A DNA stretch of 51,896 nt from Candidatus Nanopelagicales bacterium. GTDB lineage: Bacteria; Actinomycetota; Actinomycetes; S36-B12. The notes beneath the pieces were generated by a model. That model did no database searches. It worked only from the letters and a program-made list of their open reading frames with translations, and was not told where the DNA came from. Below are positions 1 through 11,315 of the stretch, one piece after another; positions within the stretch are counted from its first letter, which is position 1, and every line of letters begins with the position of its first letter. Both the position numbers and the translations under genes were made by a program. The stretch spans positions 2,710-54,605 of the forward strand of contig JAQTXL010000002.1 in NCBI GenBank assembly GCA_028688835.1, given 5' to 3'.

Positions 1-348
1 ATGCGCGCCGAGATCGGCCTGCCGAGGGAGCGGATGTGGACGGCCCTCACCGGCTGGATCGAGCGGGGGTACGCGATCGCCGTCGACTACGGACACGTGC
101 GCGAGGACCGCGTGCGCGGGGTCTGGGACGGGGGCACGCTGGTCGGCTACTGCAAGGGCCGGGTCGTGCCCCCGCGCGCCGACGGGCTGGTCAACCTCAC
201 GGCGCATGTGGCGATGGACGCGCTTGCGGCCTCGGCTTCCGGTGCACCGGCCACCAGCCTGGTCAGGTGCGGGCCGACGCCCGACTTCTGGCGCCTCGTG
301 CAGGCCTACGGCGGGCTCCCGCTCGAGCCTGACAGGATGCCCGGATGA
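1..348 (+). CDS. SAM-dependent methyltransferase, MidA/NDUFAF7-like (C-terminal 115 aa; 5' end outside window)
   Basis: The frame is open from the window edge. The tail motifs DYGH, GTLVGY and NLTAHVAMDAL resemble the C-terminus of the Methyltransf_28 (MidA/NDUFAF7) family. The stop overlaps the next start (ATGA at 345-348). Confidence 0.55.
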   Translation: MRAEIGLPRERMWTALTGWIERGYAIAVDYGHVREDRVRGVWDGGTLVGYCKGRVVPPRADGLVNLTAHVAMDALAASASGAPATSLVRCGPTPDFWRLVQAYGGLPLEPDRMPG

Positions 349-1463
349 GTGCCGTCGTCGTCGCCATCGGCGCGACGCGCGCCCTGCCCGCCGACATCCG
401 GCTCGAGCTCGGCGCCCAGCACCCCACCCAGCAGGGCGGCATGCTGCTGCGCCTGACGGTCGACGACGGCATCATCACGTCGGCAGATCCCGCGATCGGG
501 TTCGTGCACCGCAGTGCCGAGCGCCTGTTCGAGGCACGCGACTACCGCCAGCTCATGATGCTCGCCAATCGTCACGACTGGGTCGGCGCCTTCAGCGCAG
601 AGCTCGGCATCGCACTGACGCTCGAGGACGTCATGGGCATCGTGCCGCCCGAGCGCGCGACCTGGACGCGCATGCTGCTCGCCGAGACGAACCGCGTCAC
701 CGCATCGCTGCTCATGCTCGGCAGCTCCTTCACCGCGCTGCACGACCTGCTGCACGCCCGGGAGCAGCTGCTCGAGCCCCTCGAGCGGCTCACCGGCTCG
801 CGCGTGCATCCGATGTTCACGCGCATCGGCGGCATCGCCCGTGCCTGCCCGGAGGACTGGCTGCGCGATCTCACAGTGCTGGTCACCGCACTTCGGAGCA
901 CGCTCGGCGACCTGGTCGATCGCACCGCTGGCGAGTGCGGCGCACTCGTCGGCGTGGGCGTCATCACCCGGGCAGCTGTCGACGACTACGGCCTGTCGGG
1001 AACGGCCGCGCGCGCGAGCGGCGCAGCCATCGACCTGCGACTGCAGGAGCCGTACCTGGCGTACTCCGACGTCATGCACGACGAGGACGCGGGTGTCGTC
1101 ACCAGCGGCGACATCGCCGCCCGCTTCACCCTCGTCGCGCGGCAGGTCGACGTGAGCCTGCGGATCATGGGTGAGGCGATCGCGTGGCTCCTGGCCGCAG
1201 GGCCGGGTGCCACCGACGTGCCGCTGCCGAAGGTGGTGCGTGCACCGGAGATCACGGCCTACGGCCGGATCGAGGGGCCGCTCGGGATCATGGGAGTCCT
1301 GCTCGACAGCATCGGCGAGAAGACCCCCTGGCGGCTCAAGCTGCGCACGCCATCCTTCGCGATGATCCAGTCGTTCGAGACGACGCTCGTGGGACTGCCC
1401 ATCGAGCATCTGGCGCGCATGCTGCAGTCGTGCACCTACATGGTCGGCGACGCCGACCGCTGA
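345..1463 (+). CDS. NuoD/NDUFS2-like protein (orphan homologue of the complex I 49-kDa subunit / NiFe-hydrogenase large subunit)
   Basis: The 372-aa product carries LELGAQHP, AIGFVHRSAERL (compare HIGLLHRGTEKL of NDUFS2) and the C-terminal VGDADR typical of NuoD. No other nuo genes are in the window. Confidence 0.6.
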   Translation: MSAVVVAIGATRALPADIRLELGAQHPTQQGGMLLRLTVDDGIITSADPAIGFVHRSAERLFEARDYRQLMMLANRHDWVGAFSAELGIALTLEDVMGIVPPERATWTRMLLAETNRVTASLLMLGSSFTALHDLLHAREQLLEPLERLTGSRVHPMFTRIGGIARACPEDWLRDLTVLVTALRSTLGDLVDRTAGECGALVGVGVITRAAVDDYGLSGTAARASGAAIDLRLQEPYLAYSDVMHDEDAGVVTSGDIAARFTLVARQVDVSLRIMGEAIAWLLAAGPGATDVPLPKVVRAPEITAYGRIEGPLGIMGVLLDSIGEKTPWRLKLRTPSFAMIQSFETTLVGLPIEHLARMLQSCTYMVGDADR

Positions 1464-1751
1464 CTACTGGTGCTCGCGGATGTAGGTCGCGAAGCGCGCA
1501 CGCAGGAGCGCCTCGGTCGTGGGGTCGAGTTCGTTGTCGCCGAACATCTCGCGCACGGCGCGCACGGTCTCGATGAAGGTGCCGCCGACGGCACCCAGGT
1601 CGCCACCCTCGCCCTCGATGGCCGCCATGCTCGGCATGTGGCCGAAGAGCTCGGTGAAGAAGCCGAGATCGAGGTGCTTCTCCGCGATGTGGAACGCGCG
1701 CTGGCGCAGCTCGTCGAACGGCAGGTCCTCAAGTACGGGCTCGGTGCTCAT
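1464..1751 (-). CDS. small acidic hypothetical protein (95 aa)
   Basis: The ORF has high GC3. Its ATG overlaps the stop of the upstream membrane gene (ATGA at 1748-1751). I recognise no family. Confidence 0.6.
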   Translation of the reverse strand: MSTEPVLEDLPFDELRQRAFHIAEKHLDLGFFTELFGHMPSMAAIEGEGGDLGAVGGTFIETVRAVREMFGDNELDPTTEALLRARFATYIREHQ

Positions 1752-2230
1752 GCGCTGACCCTACCGAGGCCGGTGTCATCGCCGTCACCGTCCGACGGCA
1801 ATCGGCACAGGTGCTCGAGCCACAGCGCCGCAGCGACGAGCGCGACGGCACCCGCGGTTGACAGCGCTGCGGCCCACAGGCTCTCGGAGCCGGCCGGCGT
1901 CTGCTGCGACGGCAGGGTGCCGACGGCCAGTCCGAGGTAGAACCCCGCCACCAGCGCACCGGTGCGCGAGGCCGCCATGGCCAGGGCGGCCGTGCGGGCC
2001 GCCACCAGCGGGGCCATGCGACGGCTGCCCGGCCTGCGCTGCAGCTTGGGGCGCGCGAGCAGGGCCCACACGAGCAGCGCGACCGCCAGGAACCACAGGG
2101 TCAGCGGTGCCAGCCACGTCACCGGCACGACGCGTCCGGCCTGGCCCGAGACCAGCACCGCGACCGCCCAGCCGATCGCACCGGCGAGCACGGCCAGGAC
2201 GAGCAGGAGCCGGATCCGCGTGGGTGTCAT
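1748..2230 (-). CDS. DUF3180-like integral membrane protein (160 aa, about 4 TM)
   Basis: The start was re-picked at MTPTRIRLLLVLAVLAG (2230), which overlaps the folK stop by ATGA. The position after folK matches the conserved actinobacterial arrangement. Confidence 0.65.
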   Translation of the reverse strand: MTPTRIRLLLVLAVLAGAIGWAVAVLVSGQAGRVVPVTWLAPLTLWFLAVALLVWALLARPKLQRRPGSRRMAPLVAARTAALAMAASRTGALVAGFYLGLAVGTLPSQQTPAGSESLWAAALSTAGAVALVAAALWLEHLCRLPSDGDGDDTGLGRVSA

Positions 2231-2730
2231 GCCGGCACCTGCAGGGACACTGCCGGGTCGAGGGCGCGAACCCCGGAGACATCGACGTCGGCGATGAGAT
2301 CGTGCACCGCACGGCCGTGCAGCATGGCGTTCGGATCGACGGCGAGCCACGGGACCAGCACGAAGCCGCGCAGGTGCGCGCGCGGGTGCGGCACGGTGAG
2401 CCGCTCGGTGTCGATGACCGCACCGTCGATGTCGATGATGTCGACATCGAGCGTGCGCGGGCCCCAGCGCACCTCGCGGGTGCGATGCCACTCCTGCTCG
2501 ATCTCGTTGGCACGACCGAGCAGCGCGAGCGGCTCGAGTGCGGTGTCGACCAGCACCACGGCGTTCACGTAGACCGGCTGCTCAGGGCCGCCCACGGGAT
2601 CGGTCTCGAACACCTGCGAGCAGGCGAGCACCGTGATGCCTGCGGTGGCCGCCAGTGCGTCGACAGCGCCCTGCAGTGCAGCCTTCGCGTCGCCGAGGTT
2701 CGCGCCCAGGGCGATGACGGCTGCGGTCAT
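2227..2730 (-). CDS. folK: 2-amino-4-hydroxy-6-hydroxymethyldihydropteridine diphosphokinase
   Basis: The product carries VIALGANLGD, ETDPVGGPEQP.Y.NAVV and RWGPRTLDVDII, which are HPPK motifs. It sits in the fol operon. Confidence 0.9.
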   Translation of the reverse strand: MTAAVIALGANLGDAKAALQGAVDALAATAGITVLACSQVFETDPVGGPEQPVYVNAVVLVDTALEPLALLGRANEIEQEWHRTREVRWGPRTLDVDIIDIDGAVIDTERLTVPHPRAHLRGFVLVPWLAVDPNAMLHGRAVHDLIADVDVSGVRALDPAVSLQVPA

Positions 2731-3086
2731 GGACGGGTGATCCGAAGCGCGACATTGTCGAAGGGGACCGGGATCGGCGCCTGCGGCTTGTGCACGGTGA
2801 CCTCGACGCTGGTGACCCCGGCGATGCCGAGCACATCGCCCGCGATCAGCTCGGCAAGCCGCTCGATCAGCGCCACCGGATCGCCGGTGATGCGATCGTG
2901 GACGAGCTGCGAGACGGTGCCGTAGTCGACGGTGTCGGCCAGGTCATCGCTGTGCGCTGCGTCGCTCGGCGCGAGGTGCAGCACGAGATCGACGGCGAAC
3001 TCCTGGCCGTCGCGACGCTCGTGGTCGAACACGCCGTGGTGCCCGGTGCCGCGGATGCCGGTGATGATGATCTGGTCTGCGCTCAT
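2727..3086 (-). CDS. folB: dihydroneopterin aldolase
   Basis: The start was re-picked at [30 protein letters not shown] (3086), overlapping the folP stop by ATGA. The 119-aa length is typical for FolB. The 193-aa ORF in the track is an over-extension. Confidence 0.85.
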   Translation of the reverse strand: MSADQIIITGIRGTGHHGVFDHERRDGQEFAVDLVLHLAPSDAAHSDDLADTVDYGTVSQLVHDRITGDPVALIERLAELIAGDVLGIAGVTSVEVTVHKPQAPIPVPFDNVALRITRP

Positions 3087-3946
3087 TGCCGTCCCATCCT
3101 CCAGGCGCCGCCCACACGGACGGCGTCGACGCTCCCCGGCACGTCGTGCACGCGCACGGCCCACACCCCTGCCGCGGCCGCCAGGCCGGACACCGCGCTC
3201 GTTGCCAGGTCGCGGCCGGCGAGGTCGCGAGGCTGGCCGGACCCATCGGCCAGCAGGGCCCCGAGGAAGCGCTTGCGCGAGGCGCCCACGAGCACCGGGT
3301 GCCCCCACGCGACGAGCTCGTCGAGCTGCTGCAGCAGCGCCCAGTTGTGGTCGGCGTCCTTGGCGAAGCCCAGGCCAGGATCGATCACGATGGCGTCGGC
3401 CGCGATGCCAGCGGCGCAGGCCGCCTCGACCTGGCGCTCGAGCTCACGGCGCACCTCGGTGACGACGTCGTCGTACACGGCCAGGTGCTGCATGCCGGCA
3501 CTGCCGCCCCGCCAGTGCATGACGACATACGGGACCCCGAGGCCGGCGACCGCGGCATGCATCTCGGGATCGGCGAGGCCACCGCTGACGTCGTTGACCA
3601 GGAAGCAGCCAGCGGCAACGGCAGCTACGGCCGTGCTCGCGTGCATCGTGTCGATGCTCGTCGGGACCCCGGCGGCCGCCAGGCCCGCAATGACATCGAG
3701 CACCCGCGACTGCTCCTGCGCGGCGTCGACGGGAACCGCGCCCGGGCGCGTGGACTCACCGCCGACATCGACGAAGTCGGCGCCCTGCGCGTGCAGGGCG
3801 ATGCCGTGGTCGATCGCGGCCTGCGGCGAGGCGAAACGGCCGCCGTCGGAGAAGGAGTCGGGGGTCACGTTCAGCACCCCGACCACGAGCGTGTGCTCGG
3901 CACCCTGCAGGGGGCCGGGGAGCCCCAGGAGGTGCCTGCTGCTCAT
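3083..3946 (-). CDS. folP: dihydropteroate synthase
   Basis: The product carries [28 protein letters not shown] and GASRKRF, which are DHPS motifs. Confidence 0.92.
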   Translation of the reverse strand: MSSRHLLGLPGPLQGAEHTLVVGVLNVTPDSFSDGGRFASPQAAIDHGIALHAQGADFVDVGGESTRPGAVPVDAAQEQSRVLDVIAGLAAAGVPTSIDTMHASTAVAAVAAGCFLVNDVSGGLADPEMHAAVAGLGVPYVVMHWRGGSAGMQHLAVYDDVVTEVRRELERQVEAACAAGIAADAIVIDPGLGFAKDADHNWALLQQLDELVAWGHPVLVGASRKRFLGALLADGSGQPRDLAGRDLATSAVSGLAAAAGVWAVRVHDVPGSVDAVRVGGAWRMGRQ

Positions 3947-4547
3947 CGGCCCTGGATGAGCGCCATCGCCTCAGCACGGGTCGCCGGCTCGAGCAGCGAG
4001 CCGCGGACGGCGCTGGTGAGCGTGGTCGAGCCCGGCTTGCGGATGCCGCGCATCGACATGCACAGGTGCTCTGCCTCGATGATCACGATCGCACCGCGCG
4101 GCTCGAGGATGCGCATCAGCGCATCGGCGATCTGCGTCGTCAGCCGCTCCTGCACCTGAGGGCGCCGGGCGTAGAGGTCGACCAGGCGCGCCAGCTTCGA
4201 CAGCCCGGTGATGCGACCGTTCTCGGACGGGATGTAGCCGATGTGCGCGCGGCCGTGGAAGGGCACGAGGTGGTGCTCGCAGGTGCTGTACATCTCGATG
4301 TCGCGCACGACGATCATCTCGTCGTGCCCGAGGTCGAAGGTCGTGGTGAGCACGTCCTCGGCGTGCATGTGCAGGCCGGCGAAGACCTCCTGGTACGAGC
4401 GGGCCACCCGCGAAGGCGTGTCCTTGAGCCCGTCGCGATCAGGATCCTCGCCGACGGCGATGAGCAGGGCACGGATCGCGCGCTCGACACCCGCGGCATC
4501 GAACTCGCCGATGGCCGCATTGGGATCCAAGCGGACTGGATCGACGC

Positions 4548-4551
<4 letters not shown>
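3943..4551 (-). CDS. folE: GTP cyclohydrolase I
   Basis: The product carries [33 protein letters not shown] and [11 protein letters not shown]. Confidence 0.95.
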
Positions 4552-6509
<1,958 letters not shown>

Positions 6510-6574
6510 CGCCTGACGGTACTACGCCAGTCGGCGGCCCCCCACCAGCGGAGTCGCGCTTACGCGCAGAGCGA

Positions 6575-7129
6575 TCAGGCTCCGTAGACGTGCGGCGCCA
6601 GGGTGCCGACGCAGCGCAGATTGCGGTACTTCTGCCCGTAGTCCAGGCCGTAGCCGACGACGAACTCGTTGGGGATGTCGAAGCCCACGTACTTGGGATG
6701 GACCTCGACCTTGATGGCCTCCGGCTTGCGCAGGAGCGAGAAGACCTCGACCGATGCCGCCCCGCGCGAGCCGAGGTTGCGGATGAGCCACGACAGCGTC
6801 AGCCCCGAGTCGAGGATGTCCTCGACGACGAGCACATTGCGGCCGCCGATGTCGCTGTCGAGGTCCTTGAGGATCCGGACGACGCCGCTGGACTTGGTGC
6901 CGGACCCGTAGGACGACACCGCCATCCAGTCCATCTCCGAGCTGCGGGTGAGCGCACGTGCGAGATCGGCCATGATCATCACCGCGCCCTTGAGCACCCC
7001 CACGAGGAGCAGGTCGCGTCCTTCGTAGTCGATCTCGATCTGGCGCGCGAGCTCGGCGATGCGCTGCTGGATGTCCTCCTCGCTCACCAGGACGTGGGCG
7101 AGGTCACTGCCGAGGTCTTCAGGGAGCAA
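6575..7129 (-). CDS. hpt: hypoxanthine phosphoribosyltransferase
   Basis: The product carries [25 protein letters not shown] and [10 protein letters not shown] prefer the TTG start at 7129, preceded by AGGAG, which gives 184 aa. The ATG at 7183 in the track would add 18 aa and overlap tilS by 65 nt. Confidence 0.88.
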   Translation of the reverse strand: MLPEDLGSDLAHVLVSEEDIQQRIAELARQIEIDYEGRDLLLVGVLKGAVMIMADLARALTRSSEMDWMAVSSYGSGTKSSGVVRILKDLDSDIGGRNVLVVEDILDSGLTLSWLIRNLGSRGAASVEVFSLLRKPEAIKVEVHPKYVGFDIPNEFVVGYGLDYGQKYRNLRCVGTLAPHVYGA

Positions 7130-8162
7130 TGCGGTCTCCTGCTTCTGGGCCGAGGTGCGGTGCGGTGAGGATGAGCCTCCCATAGTCGCGCCTGGCGCTC
7201 ACACGCGCCGGCAGGCTCACGGGGCCCTGCCCGTGCCAGTCGCCGACCAGCGCATCGAGCGACCTGATGTGGTCGAAGGTCACGGCGTCCGCAGCGGACC
7301 CGAGGTCCAGGCACATGCGGCGCATCAGGCGCGACCGGATGGCCCTGGGCAGCAGGGCCAGCGTCTCGGCGTCGACCTCCAGCCCGCTCGGCGTGAAGTC
7401 CACGAGCGCGTCGAACTCGCGGTCGGCCCAGCGCTCGAGGGCGTCGGCGTCGTCATGCGCCAGCTGGGCGCTGCGCGCCAGCCCGGTGACCAGCCCGGGG
7501 CCCAGGGCGTCCTCGAGCACGGCCATCGCCGTGCGCACGCGCACGCGGGTGAAGGCGGGATCGCTGTTGTGGGGGTCCAGCCAGGGTGCCATCCCCACTG
7601 CGGCTGCCACCTCGACGCCGCTGGCCTGCACCGTGGCGCGCGGCAGGTGCAGCAGCGGCCGGCGCAGCAGGGGGCCGCGCTCCTGCATCGCCGCCAGCGT
7701 CCGAGTGCCTGAGCCTCGGGCGAGCCGCAGCAGCACGGTCTCGGCCTGGTCGTCACGCGTGTGGCCCAGGAGCAGGGCCCGTGCCTCGTATCGGGTGGCC
7801 ATGGCGCCGAGCACGTCGTAGCGCGCACGCCGGGCCGCCGCCTCCGGGCCGCCGTCACCCTCGACATCGACGGCGGCGATCACGATGGGATCCAGGCCGA
7901 AGGCGAGGCAGGCGTCCCCCGCGGCCGCCGCGACGGCATCGGAGCCGTCCTGCAGCCGGTGGTCGACGATGACCGCGCCGACGTCGAGCCCGCGGCGCGC
8001 ACCCACGAACTGCGCAGCAGCGGCCAGCGCCAGCGAGTCCGGGCCACCGGAGCAGGCCACCAGGATGCGGTCCCCCGCTGCCAGGTCGTCCAGCGCCGAC
8101 CGCACGGCTGCCCGCACCTCGAGGGTGGCGGCACTGGCCCAGGCGCGCCCGTCGGCGCTCAC
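7119..8162 (-). CDS. tilS: tRNA(Ile)-lysidine synthase
   Basis: The PP-loop [14 protein letters not shown] is present. I prefer the GTG start at 8162, which forms a GTGA overlap with the dacB stop. The track start at 8186 is also possible. Confidence 0.85.
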   Translation of the reverse strand: MSADGRAWASAATLEVRAAVRSALDDLAAGDRILVACSGGPDSLALAAAAQFVGARRGLDVGAVIVDHRLQDGSDAVAAAAGDACLAFGLDPIVIAAVDVEGDGGPEAAARRARYDVLGAMATRYEARALLLGHTRDDQAETVLLRLARGSGTRTLAAMQERGPLLRRPLLHLPRATVQASGVEVAAAVGMAPWLDPHNSDPAFTRVRVRTAMAVLEDALGPGLVTGLARSAQLAHDDADALERWADREFDALVDFTPSGLEVDAETLALLPRAIRSRLMRRMCLDLGSAADAVTFDHIRSLDALVGDWHGQGPVSLPARVSARRDYGRLILTAPHLGPEAGDRIAP

Positions 8163-9463
8163 GGCGTCGTCGTGCGGCAGCCGCACGCCCGCAGCCGGGT
8201 GGCGATCTGGTCGACGGCGGTGCGCGCCCGCCCGATCGAGGGGATGTCATTGGCCATGATCGCGAAGACCAGCACGCGACCGTCGACGTCGGGGACGATG
8301 CCGGCCAGGTTCACCACGGTGCTGAGGGTGCCGGTCTTCGCGCGGACGTACCCGGCCGCGCTGTGCTGCGCCCGGCTCGTGAACCGGTCGGCGAGGGTGC
8401 CGGTGAAGCCCGCGACTGCCAGCGCGGGCGCGATCCCGCCGAAGGTCCCCTGCGCCGAGTGCAGCAGGATCCCGCCGAGCGCCTGCGCCGCGATGCGATC
8501 GCGGCTCGACAGGCCGCTGCCGTCGAACAGCGCGATCCCCTGGGTCGGCAGGTTCAGCGCCTTGGCCGTCGCCGTCATGGCCTGGGCTCCCCCGGCGAAG
8601 GATCCCTCGCCGCCGGCCGCGATGCCCGACAGGTGCGCCAGGCCCTCGGCCAGGTCGTTGTCGGAGTCGGTGAGCATGTGATTGACGAGCAGCTGCACCG
8701 GAGCCGACACGACGCGGGCGATCTCCGTGGCGCCTGCAGGAGCCGTGCCCGCAGTCACCGCGCGCACGGTGACCCCGGCAGCGCGCAGCGCACGCGCGAA
8801 GGCGGCCGCTGCGGCCCTCGCCGGGTCGTCCACACGGCTGTTCCCACCGGGTCGGGCGCGGCCCTGGTCGGCCATCAGCGCCTGGACCGGCGCGACGACG
8901 CCGGCTGCCGGGAAGGACCGCGACCAGCCAGCCGCCAGTGTGCGGCCACGGAACAGCGAGATGTCGTACGTGAGGTCGACCGGCGCCTTGGGCGCCTGGG
9001 CTGCGGCTCGACGGGCGAGCACGGCGAGGGAGGCACCGGCACCGGTCGACTTCAGGGTCGCGTCGCCGCCGCCGATGATCGTCATGCGCGTGCCGTCGAG
9101 GACGACCCGCGTCGCGATCCTGTGTGCGGGACCCAGCTCGCGCAGCGCGGTTGCCGCAGTGAGGAGCTTCAGCGCCGAGGCTGGCAGCAGCGGTGTCGCG
9201 GCCTTGGCGTCCAGGAGCGTGGCGCCGGTGGTGGCGTCGCCGATCCAGATGCCCGAGGTGCCCAGTGCCGGCCTCGTCACTGAGGCGCCGAGTGCAGCGC
9301 GCACGCCTTCGGGTGTCGGCGCTGGCGCCGTGCTGCCCAGCACGACGATCGGCGGCAGCACAGGAGCGGGCGTGGACGCAGCCGACGCAGTCACCGCCCC
9401 CAGTGATCCAGACCACAGCACCGAAAAGGCAAGGCACATCACGGCTTTCCTCGTGTGTGTCAC
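8159..9463 (-). CDS. dacB: D-alanyl-D-alanine carboxypeptidase/endopeptidase, PBP4 family
   Basis: It has a signal peptide and the motifs SALK (SxxK), SDND (SxN) and KTGTL (KTG). The GTG start is preceded by GAGGAGG. Confidence 0.85.
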   Translation of the reverse strand: MTHTRKAVMCLAFSVLWSGSLGAVTASAASTPAPVLPPIVVLGSTAPAPTPEGVRAALGASVTRPALGTSGIWIGDATTGATLLDAKAATPLLPASALKLLTAATALRELGPAHRIATRVVLDGTRMTIIGGGDATLKSTGAGASLAVLARRAAAQAPKAPVDLTYDISLFRGRTLAAGWSRSFPAAGVVAPVQALMADQGRARPGGNSRVDDPARAAAAAFARALRAAGVTVRAVTAGTAPAGATEIARVVSAPVQLLVNHMLTDSDNDLAEGLAHLSGIAAGGEGSFAGGAQAMTATAKALNLPTQGIALFDGSGLSSRDRIAAQALGGILLHSAQGTFGGIAPALAVAGFTGTLADRFTSRAQHSAAGYVRAKTGTLSTVVNLAGIVPDVDGRVLVFAIMANDIPSIGRARTAVDQIATRLRACGCRTTTP

Positions 9464-9513
9464 CCGTCACCTCCTCATCGTGCAGAAGCATCCTTGAACA
9501 TAGGGGAGACTAG

Positions 9514-10023
9514 GTGACTATGAACCCCTTGGTATTCGACGTCACGATTGAGATCCCCGGCGGAAGCCGCAACAAGTACGAGGTCGACCACAAGACCGGG
9601 CGCATGCGCCTAGATCGCATGCTCTTCACCTCGACGCGCTACCCGCACGACTACGGCTTCATCGATGACACCCTCGGCCAGGACGGCGACCCGCTCGATG
9701 CCCTGGTGATGACCCAGGAGCCCACCTTCCCCGGCATCGTGATCAGCTGCCGCGCAGTGGGCATGTTCCGCATGACCGACGAGGCCGGTGGCGATGACAA
9801 GGTGCTGTGCGTGCCGGCCGGCGACCCGCGCCTGGAGCACCTGCGCGACATCCACCACGTCTCGGAGTTCGATCGCCTCGAGATCCAGCACTTCTTCGAG
9901 GTCTACAAGGACCTCGAGCCCGGCAAGAGCGTCGAGGGTGCCACCTGGGAGGGCCGCGTGGAGGCCGAACGCGAGATCCTCGCCTCGCAGGAGCGCTACG
10001 TCCCCGAGGACCACGCGCACTAG
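9514..10023 (+). CDS. ppa: inorganic pyrophosphatase (family I)
   Basis: The product carries [20 protein letters not shown] and DGDPLDALV. The GTG at 9514 or the ATG at 9520 could be the start. Confidence 0.95.
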   Translation: MTMNPLVFDVTIEIPGGSRNKYEVDHKTGRMRLDRMLFTSTRYPHDYGFIDDTLGQDGDPLDALVMTQEPTFPGIVISCRAVGMFRMTDEAGGDDKVLCVPAGDPRLEHLRDIHHVSEFDRLEIQHFFEVYKDLEPGKSVEGATWEGRVEAEREILASQERYVPEDHAH

Positions 10024-10038
10024 GACGACTGCACCAAC

Positions 10039-10074
10039 GACGAAGGCCCGCTGCACAAGCAGCGGGCCTTCGTC
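10039..10074. terminator. perfect 16-bp stem / 4-nt loop hairpin between convergent ppa and the PstS-like gene
   Basis: The sequence is GACGAAGGCCCGCTGC-ACAA-GCAGCGGGCCTTCGTC. No clear U-tract follows, which is common in high-GC actinobacteria. Confidence 0.5.
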
Positions 10075-10099
10075 ATGCGGGCCTTCGTCATGCGGGGGT

Positions 10100-11284
10100 T
10101 CAGCTGCCGTCGGCCGCCTGGTCATCGACGTTGAGCGTCACCTTCAGCGGCTCGAAGGTGCGGATGCGCACCGGCTCGGGCATCGGCGTGACGCCGAAGG
10201 CCTCGAGCGATCCCTGGCCTGCCAGTCGCACGAGGTACTGCGCGAAGGCCAGCGGCTTTGCATCGTCCGGCGCGTCGCAGACCATCAGGTGTGCGTACCC
10301 GAGCACCGGCCAGCCGACCAGTGGCTGGCCCTCGCCGAGCACGATCTTCGACGACGCCAGGTCGAAGTTCCCTTCGACCGGAACGCCGCCGACTGCCGGA
10401 CTCGCGAGCAGCCCAAGGGCCGGATCCCGCGTGACCGTGGTGGCACCGGAGCCGACCTTGTAGAGCTGGATGTCGTCTGCAGTCACCACCAGCGACTGCT
10501 GGTCCCCTGACTCAGCGGGGTAGGAGACCAGCAGGTTCGCCATGGCCAGGTTGTTGTTCACAGCTTGGAAGATCGGCAGCACGGCAAGCGCGCCCTCGGT
10601 GCTGGTCAGCCTGCTCACGAGGGCGGCGTCATCGGCCACCTTGGCGCCCGCCTTCAGGGTGCCGGTCACCCCATCGGTCCACGACGCGACCTTCTGCTGC
10701 ACGAGCCACGTGGTCATCGCATCGACAGCACCCTGCGGAATGGCCGCGGACACGAGTGCGATCGCCGGCAGTCCGTCGAGACCGAAATCCGCGTTCTCGC
10801 TGGCGATCAGCGGATCGCTCCATTGCGTGACCGTGCCGTTGAGGATGCCGGCGACCGCCGCCGGTGAGAGCACGATGCCCTCGAGCCCCGGCAGGTTGTA
10901 GGCGAGCGTCACGGGATAGGCGAAGGCGGGGACCGTGATCACTCCGCCGGACGGGCACGTCGCAGCGAAGGCCGTGGTCTGCGCCGCGCTCGGTGCCTGC
11001 GCCACAAGGCGCACAGGCGCGTTCGCATCGTCGCTCACCTCGACGACTGACTGCTCGGGGCACACGCTGGTCAGCGCATCACCGACCGCGGCCATCGTCC
11101 CGGTGAACTCGCTGGGCACGCTCACATCGGTCGTTCCCTGCTGGCACACGATGCTCGCCTCGGCCTTGGCCGCAAGCACATCTGGAGGCATCGGCGGCGT
11201 GCAGGCCGCAACCAGCACCAGTGCGGGAATGGCGAGGACGATGCCCCGGCGGATGGAGATTCTCCGGAGCATCGTCCTCATCAA
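10100..11284 (-). CDS. PstS-like (PBP_like_2) lipoprotein with an apparently degenerate phosphate-binding loop
   Basis: A lipobox LVAAC is present. ILNGTVTQWSDPLI and GWPVLGYAHLMV resemble PstS, but the SDSSGTT loop of the neighbouring PstS reads SAAIPQGAVD here. Confidence 0.6.
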   Translation of the reverse strand: MMRTMLRRISIRRGIVLAIPALVLVAACTPPMPPDVLAAKAEASIVCQQGTTDVSVPSEFTGTMAAVGDALTSVCPEQSVVEVSDDANAPVRLVAQAPSAAQTTAFAATCPSGGVITVPAFAYPVTLAYNLPGLEGIVLSPAAVAGILNGTVTQWSDPLIASENADFGLDGLPAIALVSAAIPQGAVDAMTTWLVQQKVASWTDGVTGTLKAGAKVADDAALVSRLTSTEGALAVLPIFQAVNNNLAMANLLVSYPAESGDQQSLVVTADDIQLYKVGSGATTVTRDPALGLLASPAVGGVPVEGNFDLASSKIVLGEGQPLVGWPVLGYAHLMVCDAPDDAKPLAFAQYLVRLAGQGSLEAFGVTPMPEPVRIRTFEPLKVTLNVDDQAADGS

Positions 11285-11315
11285 TTCCTCGTGTGCTGGT
11301 GTGGCGTGCGTGCAG

